Below are positions 1 to 10,469 of a stretch of 64,000 nucleotides of DNA, piece by piece. Made by a program: the position numbers and the translations under genes. The DNA is taken from positions 1,372,878-1,436,877 of the forward strand of contig JBFLYH010000001.1 of the NCBI GenBank assembly GCA_040756875.1. The letters are read 5' to 3'. Numbering within the stretch: position 1 is the first letter of the stretch; the number at the start of each line of letters is the position of its first letter. Source of the DNA: a candidate division FCPU426 bacterium. GTDB taxonomy: Bacteria; Oederibacteriota; JAAXVQ01; JAUVAV01. The notes under the pieces were generated by a model. That model was not told the DNA's origin. It searched no databases and was given only the letters and a program-made list of their open reading frames with translations.

Positions 1-81
1 GTTCTCAGGATCGCCTTTGGCCGGATCATATACGTACCCGCACACCGTACACACGTATTTATCCATGACGTTCTCCTTTAT

Positions 82-897
82 TTATTTGAAATTGATCATG
101 GGGACGGAGTTTTCGCCTAACATGGTTTCCGGCAGTTTACCGTCCCATTTTTTTATCCACTCGACCGCCACAATGTCCTTGGTGAGTTGCATCCGGATCA
201 GCCGCTGCTTCTCCGCCTCGGCTTCGGCCTCAAGGATCGTACGCTGTTTGTACTGTTCGGCCTGGCGTTTCTGATATTCCGCGGTTTTGATTTTTTGCTC
301 CTCGATCTGTTTCTGCTCCACGACCCGGTTGAATTCCGCAGAAAAAGTAATGTCCGTCAGATTCACGTCCTCCAGGACAATATCGTATAACAGGAGCTTT
401 TTGCCAAGCGTTTCGGTGATGACCGCCTTGAGTTTGGGTCTTTCCACAATTATGTTTTCCACCGGGAAAAGTGCGGTGCCGGCTTTTACCGCCTCCTGAA
501 TCGACGGTTCGATCACTTTGCGTTCAAAATCCATACCCACTTCCTGGAAAAGCTTGGCGACTTTTTGGTTGTCCAGGTGGTAATTCACGACGGTCCGGAC
601 GTTCACGGACTGCAAATCTTTCGAGGCGCCGTCGCTGGCGCGTTCGAGTTTCTGGGTTTTGACATCGAACTTGACTACGACCTCAATTCCTGGAATCCGA
701 AAATTCAACCCTTCCTGCATGACGCGTTCCTGCACGCCTGTAAAGCGGGAGAAAACTACTCCGCGCTCGCCGGCGCCGATAATGACAATAGGATTGAGAA
801 ACAGTAGGACCAGCACCAACGCCCCAAGGCCGAGCAACCGGCTGGCCCGTTTCCATGATTCCGCGCCTGCATTCCGTTTCATTTCATATTCATCCAT
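82..897 (-). CDS. SPFH/band 7 (prohibitin-family) membrane protein
   Basis: N-terminal TM segment, GERGVVF...EGLNFRIP, SKDLQSV and C-terminal coiled coil with KWDGKLP. Start moved from 921 to ATG 897 because GAGGAG precedes it. Confidence 0.9.
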   Translation of the reverse strand: MDEYEMKRNAGAESWKRASRLLGLGALVLVLLFLNPIVIIGAGERGVVFSRFTGVQERVMQEGLNFRIPGIEVVVKFDVKTQKLERASDGASKDLQSVNVRTVVNYHLDNQKVAKLFQEVGMDFERKVIEPSIQEAVKAGTALFPVENIIVERPKLKAVITETLGKKLLLYDIVLEDVNLTDITFSAEFNRVVEQKQIEEQKIKTAEYQKRQAEQYKQRTILEAEAEAEKQRLIRMQLTKDIVAVEWIKKWDGKLPETMLGENSVPMINFK

Positions 898-939
898 TTT
901 CTGACTCCTCTCCTGGCGCACAGCCTGGTGATGGGGGTT

Positions 940-967
940 AGTATAAGGAAATGAGAGGGTATGTCAA
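940..967 (-). promoter_or_regulatory. sigma70-type promoter for the SPFH gene
   Basis: Minus strand reads TTGACA-N16-TATACT (967-962 / 945-940). Confidence 0.7.
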
Positions 968-991
968 CCGCAATCGGGCGGGAGCCAGGGT

Positions 992-3718
992 TTATTTAGG
1001 GGCTTGCGGCTGGATCGGCTCCGCCACGGACAGGAGATACGCCTGGGGGTGGAAGTATATTTTCGCCGCCCGCTTCATGGCCGGAAAGGTCACGGCCCGG
1101 ATGGCTTCGGCGTGCCGGCGGCGGTAATCGTCGCCCAGGCTGTGGTATTCGATTTCACGGTTCAGATAAGCCAGGCCGGCGTTGGTTTCCAGTCCCAGCG
1201 CCAGTTCGCCCACCAGCTGCTCGCGCGCGTCGTCCAGCATCTGTTCGCTGACCAGCCCGGACTGGATTTTCTTCATTTCGGCCAGGGACAAGGCCACTGC
1301 CTGGTCCACCTTGGACGGGTCAGTCTGAAGAAACAGGCACCAGGGGCGCACGCCGCGCGAAAGCTTGAACATCGAGTAGATGCCGTAGGTCAACCCGGCG
1401 CGGTCGCGGACTTCCCGCATCAACTGGCTGGAGAGCCCCGCCCCGCCGAGCACCTGATTGGCCACGAAAGCCGGATAATAATCGGCGTCGAGCCTGCGGA
1501 GGCCTTCGTGCCCCAGCACCACCATGCTTTCCTGTTTCCCCGGCAGCTCCTGCCGGTGGGTTTTAATTTCTTTGACTTTAGGCATGGGAGTTGGATCCAC
1601 CGGCTTCCACTCGGCCTGGCCCTGTTCCCACGCGCTGAACAGCCGCTCCACCCATTGGCGCACCTGTTCGGGATCCAGGTCCCCGGCCAGGGAAATGATC
1701 GTGCCCTGGGGCCGGATTTGTCCCTTGTGATACTCTTCCAAATCCCTGCGGCTGACGCGTTCCAGCCCGGGCTCCGCAGTAATCAGGCTGCGGGTCATGG
1801 GATGGCCCGGCCCGTAGGCCAGTTCGGAAAATCCCTGCCAGGCCTGGGATTCCGCGTTGTCTTTGGCCACCGCGCTGCCGGTCAGCAGCTGCTTTTTAAC
1901 CCGATCCAATTCCTCCTGGGGAAAGGTGGGCGTCAGCAGGCATTCGGCCAGCTGTCCGAGCAAAAGCTCCATGTCTTCTTTCAACGCTTCGCCGCTGAAC
2001 GTGAGTTCTTCCAGCCGCACGGCAAAAGACAAGTGGGCGCCTTTAAATTCCAGGGCCGTGGCCAGTTCCCGGGCGGTATGGCGGGCGGTGCCGCGGTCCA
2101 GCAGTTGGGCATGGGCAAAAGCCAGGCCGGGCTTGTCCTCCGGTTCCTGGAGCAACCCGCCCCGGATCAGGCCGGATAAAACGAACATGGGATTCGCGGG
2201 ATTGCGTTCGACCAGCAAGGTCAGCCCGTTGGCGAGCTGGTAACGCTGGCAGGCGCTTTTGGCCTGGGTTTTGCCGCCGTCTCCGGCGGAAGCCGGCGGT
2301 GCGGCTTGCGGCCAGGCGGCTTCCGCCTGGTCGCGGTCAGAAAGCGGGCGCCAGGAAAGATTTTCCTGCGGCGCCGGCGCCAGCGGCCCGGCGGGTTCGC
2401 CCGGCACGGGCTCGAAGAATCCTACGGTCATCCGCTCCGGCTGGAGGTAGTTCCGGGCCGCAGCCTGAATCTGCTCTCGGGTCACCTCAGCCACTTTTTG
2501 CGGATACTGGTCCAGCAAACGCCAGTCTCCGGCTACGGTCTGATAGAATCCCATCAGCATGGCCTGGTCGGTCAGGCTGTCCTTGGCGTATACCAACTCG
2601 GCGCGGGTTTGGTTGACGGAACGCTGGAATTCCTCCGGCTCGAGCAGCTGGTTCTTCACGCGTTCAAACTCGTCGAGCAGGGCTTTTTCCACGGTCTGCG
2701 GCGCGACACCCCGCTGGCAGACCGCGACGAAGGTCCAATAACCCGGATCGATCATTTCCAGCGGACCGCCGCCGACCGAAACCGCTAACCCGCTCTCCAC
2801 CAGCGCGCGGTACAAGCGCGATGCCTTGCCCTTGGTCAGCGCGTCGTTCAGCACGGTCAGCGGAAAATGATCCGGATGGCCGGCCGGCGGGATGACGATG
2901 TTCATGCGCACGATGGCGGCCGGGCCGTGATCCGACAGCGACACCCGGCGCTCGCCGCGCTGCGTTTCCACCGGCGCAGAAAGCCCCGCAGAAATCGGTT
3001 TGGAGCGCAAAGCGCCGAAATTGCGCTGCACCAGATACCGCAGGCGATGGGGATCAAAGTCGCCCACCACCACCAAGGTAGCGTTGGCCGGCTGGTAATA
3101 CGCTTGATAGAACTGCTTGAGCTGTTTGCAGGTCAGGGCGGCGACCTCGTTTCGCCAGCCGATGACCGGGCGGCGGTAGGGATGATTCAGCCAAGTCTGC
3201 GCATTGACGAGATCCCGCAACCGCACGTCCGGATGGTTTTGGTAGCCGTCCAACTCGGACAGGATGACCGTACGCTCCTGTTCGAACTCCTTGGGGTTGA
3301 GCAGGGCGTTGACCATGCGGTCGGACTCGATCTTCAGGGCCAGTTCCAGGTATTCGGCCGGCACGGTTTCGAAGTAAGCCGTGTAATCCTGGCTGGTGAA
3401 GGCGTTTTGCTCGCCGCCGGTCCGGCCGATGAGCCGGGCGATTTCGCCCTTTCCGTATTGCTTGGTGCCCTTGAAGAGCATGTGCTCCAGGAAATGCGCA
3501 AGCCCGGACTGGCCGGCCGGTTCCTGCCGGCTGCCCACCCGGTACCAGATGTACACCGAAACGACTGGCGCATGATGCAGGGGTTTGGCGACGACGCGCA
3601 GGCCGTTCGCCAGTTGATAGTCTTGCACCGTTTCCGTCATGGTCACCTCGTTTTTTCCCAGCGCAGCGCCGCACAGCAACATCGCCGCCAGCGCGCCCAT
3701 CGTCCGTTGCCATTTCAT
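992..3718 (-). CDS. M16 (pitrilysin-like) zinc peptidase, fused two-module type, with signal peptide
   Basis: HFLEH (HxxEH) motif, NAFTS and downstream Glu; second LANGL-initiated half lacks HxxEH but has R-x3-GLTYG. Confidence 0.92.
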   Translation of the reverse strand: MKWQRTMGALAAMLLCGAALGKNEVTMTETVQDYQLANGLRVVAKPLHHAPVVSVYIWYRVGSRQEPAGQSGLAHFLEHMLFKGTKQYGKGEIARLIGRTGGEQNAFTSQDYTAYFETVPAEYLELALKIESDRMVNALLNPKEFEQERTVILSELDGYQNHPDVRLRDLVNAQTWLNHPYRRPVIGWRNEVAALTCKQLKQFYQAYYQPANATLVVVGDFDPHRLRYLVQRNFGALRSKPISAGLSAPVETQRGERRVSLSDHGPAAIVRMNIVIPPAGHPDHFPLTVLNDALTKGKASRLYRALVESGLAVSVGGGPLEMIDPGYWTFVAVCQRGVAPQTVEKALLDEFERVKNQLLEPEEFQRSVNQTRAELVYAKDSLTDQAMLMGFYQTVAGDWRLLDQYPQKVAEVTREQIQAAARNYLQPERMTVGFFEPVPGEPAGPLAPAPQENLSWRPLSDRDQAEAAWPQAAPPASAGDGGKTQAKSACQRYQLANGLTLLVERNPANPMFVLSGLIRGGLLQEPEDKPGLAFAHAQLLDRGTARHTARELATALEFKGAHLSFAVRLEELTFSGEALKEDMELLLGQLAECLLTPTFPQEELDRVKKQLLTGSAVAKDNAESQAWQGFSELAYGPGHPMTRSLITAEPGLERVSRRDLEEYHKGQIRPQGTIISLAGDLDPEQVRQWVERLFSAWEQGQAEWKPVDPTPMPKVKEIKTHRQELPGKQESMVVLGHEGLRRLDADYYPAFVANQVLGGAGLSSQLMREVRDRAGLTYGIYSMFKLSRGVRPWCLFLQTDPSKVDQAVALSLAEMKKIQSGLVSEQMLDDAREQLVGELALGLETNAGLAYLNREIEYHSLGDDYRRRHAEAIRAVTFPAMKRAAKIYFHPQAYLLSVAEPIQPQAPK

Positions 3719-5061
3719 CGGCGCGGCCCCGCCTCCAGCCAGGATAGCTGGCCCGCGTCCGGGGCCACATCCGCCGGCGCCGCCTCGTCGTCGAAAAGCC
3801 GGATGCGGCCGTAGACCCCGTCATAGCCGGGAACGGCCGACACGGCGCCCCGGCGCATGCGCATCAGGGCTTCGGCCACCCGGCCGCCCGCCCATTCAGC
3901 CACCTGGTTTTCCGGGGCAAAAAGCAGAATCTCCAGTTCACTCCCCCCCTGTTCGACCAGCTGGTCCCAAACCCGCTGCACGCCTTTGGAGGCCGGCTTC
4001 TTGCCCAGGGCCTCGGCGACGATCTCGTCCAAGGGGATCAAATGCACGCTGGGTACGGCTTCCGGCGGCACGAAGCCCGCCGGACGGTCGGCCAGCTGCT
4101 CCACCCGCGAAGCCACGCCGCCGGTGAACGGTTTGCCGCACACCGGGCAGCGGCCACCCCATTCGCGGTACTCCGCGGGCGAAGCCGACCGGCGGCAGGC
4201 GCTGTGCCCGGGCCAGTGGTATTTGCCTTCCTCGGGAAAGAACTCGACGGTGAAGCGGAACCGTTCGCGGTCCTTGCGGCGCAGGATGTCGCCCAGGTCC
4301 GTCCACGTCAGGGGCCCGCGGAAGACGTTGCACTCCCGGCCCAGGCGGCTCGGCGAATGGGCGTCGGAATTGGAGATCAGCGCCACGCGGTCGAGCTGGG
4401 ACAGCCGCCAATTCATTTCCGGATCCGAAGAAAGGCCGGTCTCCGCCGCCGCCAAAAAGCCGGTTTCGTCTTCGAAGCACTCCTCCAGCGAATCGAATCC
4501 CGATTGCTCTCCCAGGACCGAAAACCAGGGCGTCCAGATGTGCGCCGGAATCACCAGGGTCTCCGGATCGATGCCCCTCAGCAGTTCGCACAAGTGACGC
4601 GCCGAAAAGCCGAATATCGGCCGGCCGTCCGAGGCCACGTTGCCACGGCTGGCCAGCGCGCGGTTAATCTCGCGGGCCGTTTCCAGAGAGCGCGCCAAAA
4701 ACAGCATGTGCACCCGCCGGGTTTTTCCGGCCTGCTTGTAGATGTGCGAAGTCTCCGCGGAAAGCACGAACCGGACATCCGGCCCCGCGCCGCGCAGCCG
4801 GTAAAAGCCGCTCTCATCGGGTTCCAGCTGTTCGGTCAGTTGCCGGAAATATTCGGGATGGGTGAAATCCCCCGTGGCCAGAAGCTGCAAGCCCTTGCGC
4901 CGGCCCCAATAGTGGAGCGAGGCGACCTCCATCTGGCTGGACGTGGCCCGGGAGAACTTAGAATGCAGGTGCAGGTCCGCGAACACCAGCGGCCGCGGTT
5001 GGGGGCTGAGGTCAGCCACCCGTCCGACCGCAGGTCCTGACGACGGGGGATTCACTGCCAC
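3715..5061 (-). CDS. Endonuclease Q family protein (PHP domain + Zn finger), stand-alone
   Basis: DLHLHSKFSRATS, TGDFTHP, PAHIWTPW, ETGLSSD, NSDAHS, GKYH..GH..C, CPVC, PGYDGVYG. Confidence 0.88.
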   Translation of the reverse strand: MAVNPPSSGPAVGRVADLSPQPRPLVFADLHLHSKFSRATSSQMEVASLHYWGRRKGLQLLATGDFTHPEYFRQLTEQLEPDESGFYRLRGAGPDVRFVLSAETSHIYKQAGKTRRVHMLFLARSLETAREINRALASRGNVASDGRPIFGFSARHLCELLRGIDPETLVIPAHIWTPWFSVLGEQSGFDSLEECFEDETGFLAAAETGLSSDPEMNWRLSQLDRVALISNSDAHSPSRLGRECNVFRGPLTWTDLGDILRRKDRERFRFTVEFFPEEGKYHWPGHSACRRSASPAEYREWGGRCPVCGKPFTGGVASRVEQLADRPAGFVPPEAVPSVHLIPLDEIVAEALGKKPASKGVQRVWDQLVEQGGSELEILLFAPENQVAEWAGGRVAEALMRMRRGAVSAVPGYDGVYGRIRLFDDEAAPADVAPDAGQLSWLEAGPRR

Positions 5062-5609
5062 CGGGCTTCAAAACTGCAAACGCGCGCACCTTGCCGGCGG
5101 CACTGCAGCACTTTGGCTTCGACGTTCTTGGCGCCCGAGGCCTCCACCACGCCCTGGATCCAACCAAGAACCGACAGGCAATGTTCGTGCATCGGGGTGT
5201 CGAAAGCGCTCAGGGTGATATGCACGCATCCTTTGCCCTTGACCTCGGTCTGAAGCTGGCCGGAATCGTAATAGCGGTTCCAGACCTGGGCGGCGCGCTG
5301 AATGATGAACTCGGGCGACCCAAATTTGAAAAAGATTTTGTAGATGCCGCGGACAGCCTCGCCGGCCGACCGGCGCCCCATTTCCACCAGCAAGGCGCCG
5401 TCGCCCTGGCCTTTCACCTGGTCAATGGCACGGCTGAATTCCACCAGATACTGCAGGGGATACCACTGGCTGGCAAACGCGCCGTTCTCAAGCAGTTCCA
5501 CCATCTCAGCGGACAGCAGCGCACGGACGCGCGTCTGCTGTTCGGGGGTGCACTGGTCGCGGAGGAAATTCAAGCGGGCGATCAGCGCGCTACCTTTCAC
5601 TCTGGCCAT
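5052..5609 (-). CDS. V4R/H-NOX-like small protein (DUF2378/TIGR02265-like), paralog 1
   Basis: 185 aa; VKG start, WYP, GSPEFIIQR, EHCLSVLGW, C-x2-(Q/K)GA-x2-C near the C-terminus. Confidence 0.6.
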   Translation of the reverse strand: MARVKGSALIARLNFLRDQCTPEQQTRVRALLSAEMVELLENGAFASQWYPLQYLVEFSRAIDQVKGQGDGALLVEMGRRSAGEAVRGIYKIFFKFGSPEFIIQRAAQVWNRYYDSGQLQTEVKGKGCVHITLSAFDTPMHEHCLSVLGWIQGVVEASGAKNVEAKVLQCRRQGARVCSFEARWQ

Positions 5610-5619
5610 GGCAGCTCCT

Positions 5620-6177
5620 TTAATCCCAACGGGCAGTGATTTCGCAGAACGGGGCGCCCTTGCGCCGGCATTTGCTCATCTCCGTACGCACGTTTTTTCC
5701 ACCTGATAATTCCAGCGTACGGTGCACCCACCCGAGCACGGAGAGGCAGTGTTCCTCGGTGGGCGATTCCACTTCGGTCAGCGTAATCCGCGCCTCTCCG
5801 GGGGCGACTTTCGCCACATTAAGCTGGCCGTTGACGAAATACTGGTTCCAGACCTTGGCCCCGCGCTGGATGATAAACTCCGGCGAACCCACTTTGTAGA
5901 AAAGCTTGTAGACGCCCTTGAGGCCCTGATCCGCCGAATAATACCCTAACTTGGGGATCAGGGACAGATCGCCCGTGCCGAGGACCTTGTCCAAAGCGCG
6001 GTTGATTTCAATATAATATTCGAAAGGATACCAGGTTCCGAGAAAGATGCCCTGGCGGACTTCCTTCTGGAATTCCGGGCTCAGCAGCGCGACGATTTTT
6101 TCCTTCTGCTCGGGCGTGGCCTTTTCCTCCAGATACTTGATGCGGGGCATCAAGGCCGTACCCTTGACTTTGGCCAT
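5620..6177 (-). CDS. V4R/H-NOX-like small protein, paralog 2
   Basis: Start moved to ATG 6177 (AAGGAG upstream), giving 185 aa, the same length and motifs as 5052..5609. Confidence 0.6.
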   Translation of the reverse strand: MAKVKGTALMPRIKYLEEKATPEQKEKIVALLSPEFQKEVRQGIFLGTWYPFEYYIEINRALDKVLGTGDLSLIPKLGYYSADQGLKGVYKLFYKVGSPEFIIQRGAKVWNQYFVNGQLNVAKVAPGEARITLTEVESPTEEHCLSVLGWVHRTLELSGGKNVRTEMSKCRRKGAPFCEITARWD

Positions 6178-6190
6178 GTACCGACTCCTT

Positions 6191-6634
6191 TCAACTGCGT
6201 TCCCCGCCGCGCCGGAAGGTGTCCGGAACCGGGGAGTAGATTTCGCGATACCAGATCGTAATGCCGCGGCCAATGGCGAAAAAGCCCGTGGCTGCGTATG
6301 ACAGCACGACTATTATACTGGAGAGCCGCGCGGTTTGCAAAGCCGCCGGCTGGGTGGCGGAGCGGAAAAAATACTCCCGCAGGGCGGGCATCAGCCACCA
6401 GGACCAGACCAGTATCCAGGTCCAGCCGCCGTCCAAAAACCAGTAAAAGCGCTGTATCGTGCGCGCCGGAGGCATGCGGTCCGTCCCCAGCAGCCACACG
6501 CGCAGACCCGGCCGGGCTTCGAGCCAGGCGATAAAATCCCTCCGCAGAACCAGCAGCGCCATGACCGTCAGGCCCAGCCACAAGGCCAGGCAGGCCGCAT
6601 AATAAAGCAACGTGCCGAACGGCAGAGTGTTCAA
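6191..6634 (-). CDS. Hypothetical membrane protein (about 3 TM segments)
   Basis: Likely TTG start at 6634 behind AGGAGGAGG; hydrophobic segments; fills the gap in the operon. Confidence 0.65.
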   Translation of the reverse strand: MNTLPFGTLLYYAACLALWLGLTVMALLVLRRDFIAWLEARPGLRVWLLGTDRMPPARTIQRFYWFLDGGWTWILVWSWWLMPALREYFFRSATQPAALQTARLSSIIVVLSYAATGFFAIGRGITIWYREIYSPVPDTFRRGGERS

Positions 6635-6645
6635 ACCGCCTCCTC

Positions 6646-7650
6646 CTAAAAAACGCCCGGAATCCGGCGGCTGCAGCGCGGACAGGCGTTCCCTTTCACC
6701 GCCATGCTGAGCGTATCGTAACCCCGGCGGTCCACCAGGGTCTCGCCGCACTGGGGGCAATACACCGAATCGTCTCTGGGGCCCAAATTGCCCAGGTAGA
6801 CCCAGGTCAACTTGGTCTTGGCCAGTTCAGCCGCCTGTTCCAGCAACAAGGGCGGCGTAGGCGGCGCTTCCCATTGATACTGGGGATAGTAGCGCGTCAA
6901 ATGCAGCGGTATCTCCGGGGACACCGAAGCCACCCAGGCCGCCAACTCGGCGATTTGGCCCAGGTCGTCGTTGCCGCCGGTCACGACCAGGTGCGTGATT
7001 TCCACGTGCGACCGGGCGGCGGCCATCCGGATCGTGGCCTGCACCGGCGCCAGGCTGGCGCCGCACATCCGCTCATAAAAATCCTCGCGGATGGATTTCA
7101 GATCGATGTTCCAGGCATCGACCAAAGGCAGCAATTCCGCGCACGGTTCCGGAGAAATGTAGCCGTTGGTCACCAGGACATTGAGCAACCCCGCGGCGCG
7201 CACCGCCTGCGCGCAATCCCTGACGTACTCGAAGTTGATCAGCGGCTCGTTGTATGTATAGGCCACGCCGCAGGCCTCCTGCGCCAACGCCTCCCGCGCC
7301 ACGGCGTCGGGCGCCATTTCAGTCCCGAAATTCCGTTGTTGGGAAATGGTCCAGTTCTGGCAAAACGAGCAGCGCAGGTTGCAGCCGTAGGATCCCACGG
7401 AGAGGATCGCAGCCCCGGGCTTAAAATGATACAACGGTTTCTTCTCGACGGGATCCAGCGCCAGGGAGGAAATGCGGCCGTAGGCTTCGGCCACCAGGCC
7501 GTGTTCCCGGGCGCGGCGGACGCCGCAGCGGCCTGTTTGGCCGCGGGCGATCAGGCAGCAGTGGGGGCAGAGTCCACAGCGCACTGAGCCGTTTTCCGGC
7601 TGCCAATGAGCCGCAGCGACCGGTCCCTGCGCTTTCCCGTCCGCAGGCAT
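6646..7650 (-). CDS. amrS: AmmeMemoRadiSam system radical SAM enzyme
   Basis: N-terminal C-x2-CPH-x-C, DPVEKKPLYHF, CNLRCSFCQN (CxxxCxxC), YTYNEP, C-terminal CPQC/CPRC. Confidence 0.88.
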   Translation of the reverse strand: MPADGKAQGPVAAAHWQPENGSVRCGLCPHCCLIARGQTGRCGVRRAREHGLVAEAYGRISSLALDPVEKKPLYHFKPGAAILSVGSYGCNLRCSFCQNWTISQQRNFGTEMAPDAVAREALAQEACGVAYTYNEPLINFEYVRDCAQAVRAAGLLNVLVTNGYISPEPCAELLPLVDAWNIDLKSIREDFYERMCGASLAPVQATIRMAAARSHVEITHLVVTGGNDDLGQIAELAAWVASVSPEIPLHLTRYYPQYQWEAPPTPPLLLEQAAELAKTKLTWVYLGNLGPRDDSVYCPQCGETLVDRRGYDTLSMAVKGNACPRCSRRIPGVF

Positions 7651-7653
7651 GGG

Positions 7654-8127
7654 TTATTTCTTTTTAGCTTCTGTCTGGGAAGCTACGATGTGCTTGACTT
7701 CCTCCAGAAACGCGTTGATATCCTTGAATTGGCGGTACACGGAGGCGAAGCGGACGTAGGCCACTTCATCGAGATCGGCGAGCTTGCGCATCACCAGTTC
7801 CCCGATTTCGGTGCTGGAGATCTCCTTCTCCATGCGGTTTTGGATGACTTTTTCGATTTCATCCACCGACTGCTCGATGGTTTCGGTAGCCACGGGCCGC
7901 TTTTCGCAGGCTTTGCGCATGCCGGCCACGATTTTGAAGCGGTCGAACGGCTCCCGGCGGTTGTCTTTTTTCACCACCACGGGGAGGGTGTCCTCGACCT
8001 GTTCATAGGTGGTGAACCGTTTCCCGCACTGCAGGCATTCGCGGCGCCGGCGGATGGCCAGTCCGTTTTTGCTGGTTCGGGAATCCACCACTTTGTCTTC
8101 CTGATAGCTGCAGAACGGGCATTTCAT
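7654..8127 (-). CDS. nrdR: Transcriptional repressor NrdR
   Basis: MKCPFC...VVDSR...RRRREC..C..RFTTYE, ATP cone, [12 protein letters not shown]. Confidence 0.98.
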   Translation of the reverse strand: MKCPFCSYQEDKVVDSRTSKNGLAIRRRRECLQCGKRFTTYEQVEDTLPVVVKKDNRREPFDRFKIVAGMRKACEKRPVATETIEQSVDEIEKVIQNRMEKEISSTEIGELVMRKLADLDEVAYVRFASVYRQFKDINAFLEEVKHIVASQTEAKKK

Positions 8128-10400
8128 CGGGAGGCACCCCTCTCTAGTCGTTCCAGCTTGCGCCGAAGTTCCTCGGCCCGCGGATAGTTCGGAGCCTGCT
8201 CTAGAATATACCGGTATTCCTTCGCCGCTTCAAGCCCCATTCCCTGCTGTTCCCTGATCAAGGCCTTATTGAGCCGCGCTTCGAGATAATGCGGTTTGAG
8301 CTTCAGGGCTTCGTCAAAAGCCGTGACCGCGCCTTCCAGCTCGCTCCGGCGGGCCCGCACAATGCCAAGGTTGCTCCAGGTGCTCGCCTGGGTGTTGATG
8401 TCGCCCCGCCAATTGCGGAGCGTGGCGCCGGTAAAGTATTCGTAGGCCGCTTCCTGCTGGTTCCGCACCAGGGCCAGGTATCCTTTGTAGGAAAAGGGTA
8501 TGGCGAAATCCGGAAACAACTCGATCAAGCGGTCCACCACGCGCTCGGCCTCGTCCCAGCGCTTCTGGGAAAGGTACACCGACGCCAGGTCCAGCGCAAA
8601 ATAAACGTTGTACGGGTCCAGTTCCGCGGCCTGGCGGCAGGCGGTCTCGGCTTCAGACAGCTTGGACGGATCGATGAAATCCCCCCAATATTTGTAAACG
8701 CGTCCGACGTTGTTGTAATCGTAGCCGTTCAGCGGATTCATGGCAATGGTATGCTGATGGACTTCCACTGCGCGTTTGAGCAGCGGCACTTTATCCTGGG
8801 CGCGTTTGGCCGCTTCCTCCAGGGCAATGCCGTACTTCACCCAATAGATTTCGCGCTGCGGAGCCAGGGACACGGCTTTGGCCATCTCGGCCACGGACGG
8901 TTCCGGATAACCCCGGGCCAGAAAAACCATGCCCCGCTTGAAATAGACGTCGCTGCTCCAGGCCCTCACGCCGAGCAAACCGAAAACCAAAAACAGGGCG
9001 CAGGCGCCCAGAAACAGCATCCAGCGCGGACCCGGGACCTCGGCCAGCGTAAAGCGTTCCTGAGGCCGTTTCCATTCCGGCGCCGCTTCGTCTGCGTTCC
9101 CCAGGGCCGGTCCCAGGGCCAGGAGGAACCAAAAGAGCGACCCATAGGCGACCACGGTGAAGCTGAACTGGTTCTGCACCAGGAATCCGACCTGCGCCAA
9201 GCCCACGGCCAGGGTCCAGTGCCGGCGTTCAGGTTCCAGCCGAAAAAGATTTTTTCCCAACACTGTGAAATAGACGACCAAGAGCCATACCCAGGCGCCC
9301 AAGCCCAGCAGGCCGGTGGTGGCGCCGATTTGCAGGAAAAAATTGTGGGCTTTCTCTGGCGTGCCGTTCCACTCCAGCCGCCAGTATTCGGCCAGCCGGT
9401 ATTTGGGGAACGTGATCTGGAAGGTGTCCAGGCCGCTGCCCAACAGGGGTTTGTCGCGGATCATCTGCAGCGCGCTGCGCCAGATGTACAAGCGGGGCGT
9501 CATTTGCGCGTGTTTGAGGTCGAGGGTCGCCAGCGTGCGGTCCAACGTTACAGCCAGGTTGCTGCGCACGTTGGGCAACGCCAGGCTCAGCCCCCCCAGG
9601 GCCACCAACAGGATCAGCCAGCGCTTGTTGCGCTGCCACAGGCTGCCCGGCCGCGCGGCGTCCCAGATCAGATAAACTCCCAGCAGAACTCCTTCGGCCA
9701 CCAGGGCATAGACCGCGCCCCGGCTTTTGGTGAACATCATGGCCAGCAGCATGACAAACACTGCCAGGATCATCGCCAACTTGATCGAGGGCCGTTCCGA
9801 GAGTAGGAACCAGATGAACGCCAGGGGCAAGGTCATCAACAGATAGGCCGCCAGGAAATTGGGATTGCCGAGCGTGCCGAACAGGCGGGTGACCGAATAT
9901 GTGGCCGGGTTCCATTGGATGAAATCGATCCCGAAATTTTGGGCCACGCCGTAGCCGCCGGCCAGCAGGCCGGCCACGACGATGACAGCCAGGTATTTGC
10001 GGATCTCGGAGAAGCGGCGCAGCAGGCGGAGCGCCAGGAGCCACAGGAGCAGGTAATTAAAAATGGTTAATATGCCCTCGAAATCCTCGTAAACCCCGAA
10101 AATGCTGGTCAGCCGGTTGTTCGTCACCAGCGTAGAGAGCAACGACGACAGGCCTACCAGGGCCAGCGGCAGCCACAATTTCGAGGCAGGCAGACGCCAC
10201 TCGCCGAGCAGCAGGATCTCGCCCGCCCAGCCCAGCAAGGCCAGCAGGGTGAACAGACGCATGACTGTTAATTTGTTGAGTTCGAATACATCGTGGGCAA
10301 AGGTGAAAAAAACCAGGGGAACCAGCAACAGCAAGGCCATGACCGCCAAGTGCTGGCTTTGGCGCAACCATTGCCCCCATTCCTCACGGGTCATTGTCAA
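8124..10400 (-). CDS. O-antigen ligase-like (Wzy_C) polytopic membrane protein with C-terminal TPRs
   Basis: [19 protein letters not shown]...PLLGSG...F, AHNFFLQ; multiple TM helices; TPR-like C-terminus. Confidence 0.85.
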   Translation of the reverse strand: MTMTREEWGQWLRQSQHLAVMALLLLVPLVFFTFAHDVFELNKLTVMRLFTLLALLGWAGEILLLGEWRLPASKLWLPLALVGLSSLLSTLVTNNRLTSIFGVYEDFEGILTIFNYLLLWLLALRLLRRFSEIRKYLAVIVVAGLLAGGYGVAQNFGIDFIQWNPATYSVTRLFGTLGNPNFLAAYLLMTLPLAFIWFLLSERPSIKLAMILAVFVMLLAMMFTKSRGAVYALVAEGVLLGVYLIWDAARPGSLWQRNKRWLILLVALGGLSLALPNVRSNLAVTLDRTLATLDLKHAQMTPRLYIWRSALQMIRDKPLLGSGLDTFQITFPKYRLAEYWRLEWNGTPEKAHNFFLQIGATTGLLGLGAWVWLLVVYFTVLGKNLFRLEPERRHWTLAVGLAQVGFLVQNQFSFTVVAYGSLFWFLLALGPALGNADEAAPEWKRPQERFTLAEVPGPRWMLFLGACALFLVFGLLGVRAWSSDVYFKRGMVFLARGYPEPSVAEMAKAVSLAPQREIYWVKYGIALEEAAKRAQDKVPLLKRAVEVHQHTIAMNPLNGYDYNNVGRVYKYWGDFIDPSKLSEAETACRQAAELDPYNVYFALDLASVYLSQKRWDEAERVVDRLIELFPDFAIPFSYKGYLALVRNQQEAAYEYFTGATLRNWRGDINTQASTWSNLGIVRARRSELEGAVTAFDEALKLKPHYLEARLNKALIREQQGMGLEAAKEYRYILEQAPNYPRAEELRRKLERLERGASR

Positions 10401-10469
10401 CCAAGCTCCTTGTCGTGGGTAAAGGATGCATTCCTTCCCGGCCGCTGCGGCCGGAAAGAAAGTACTCTA

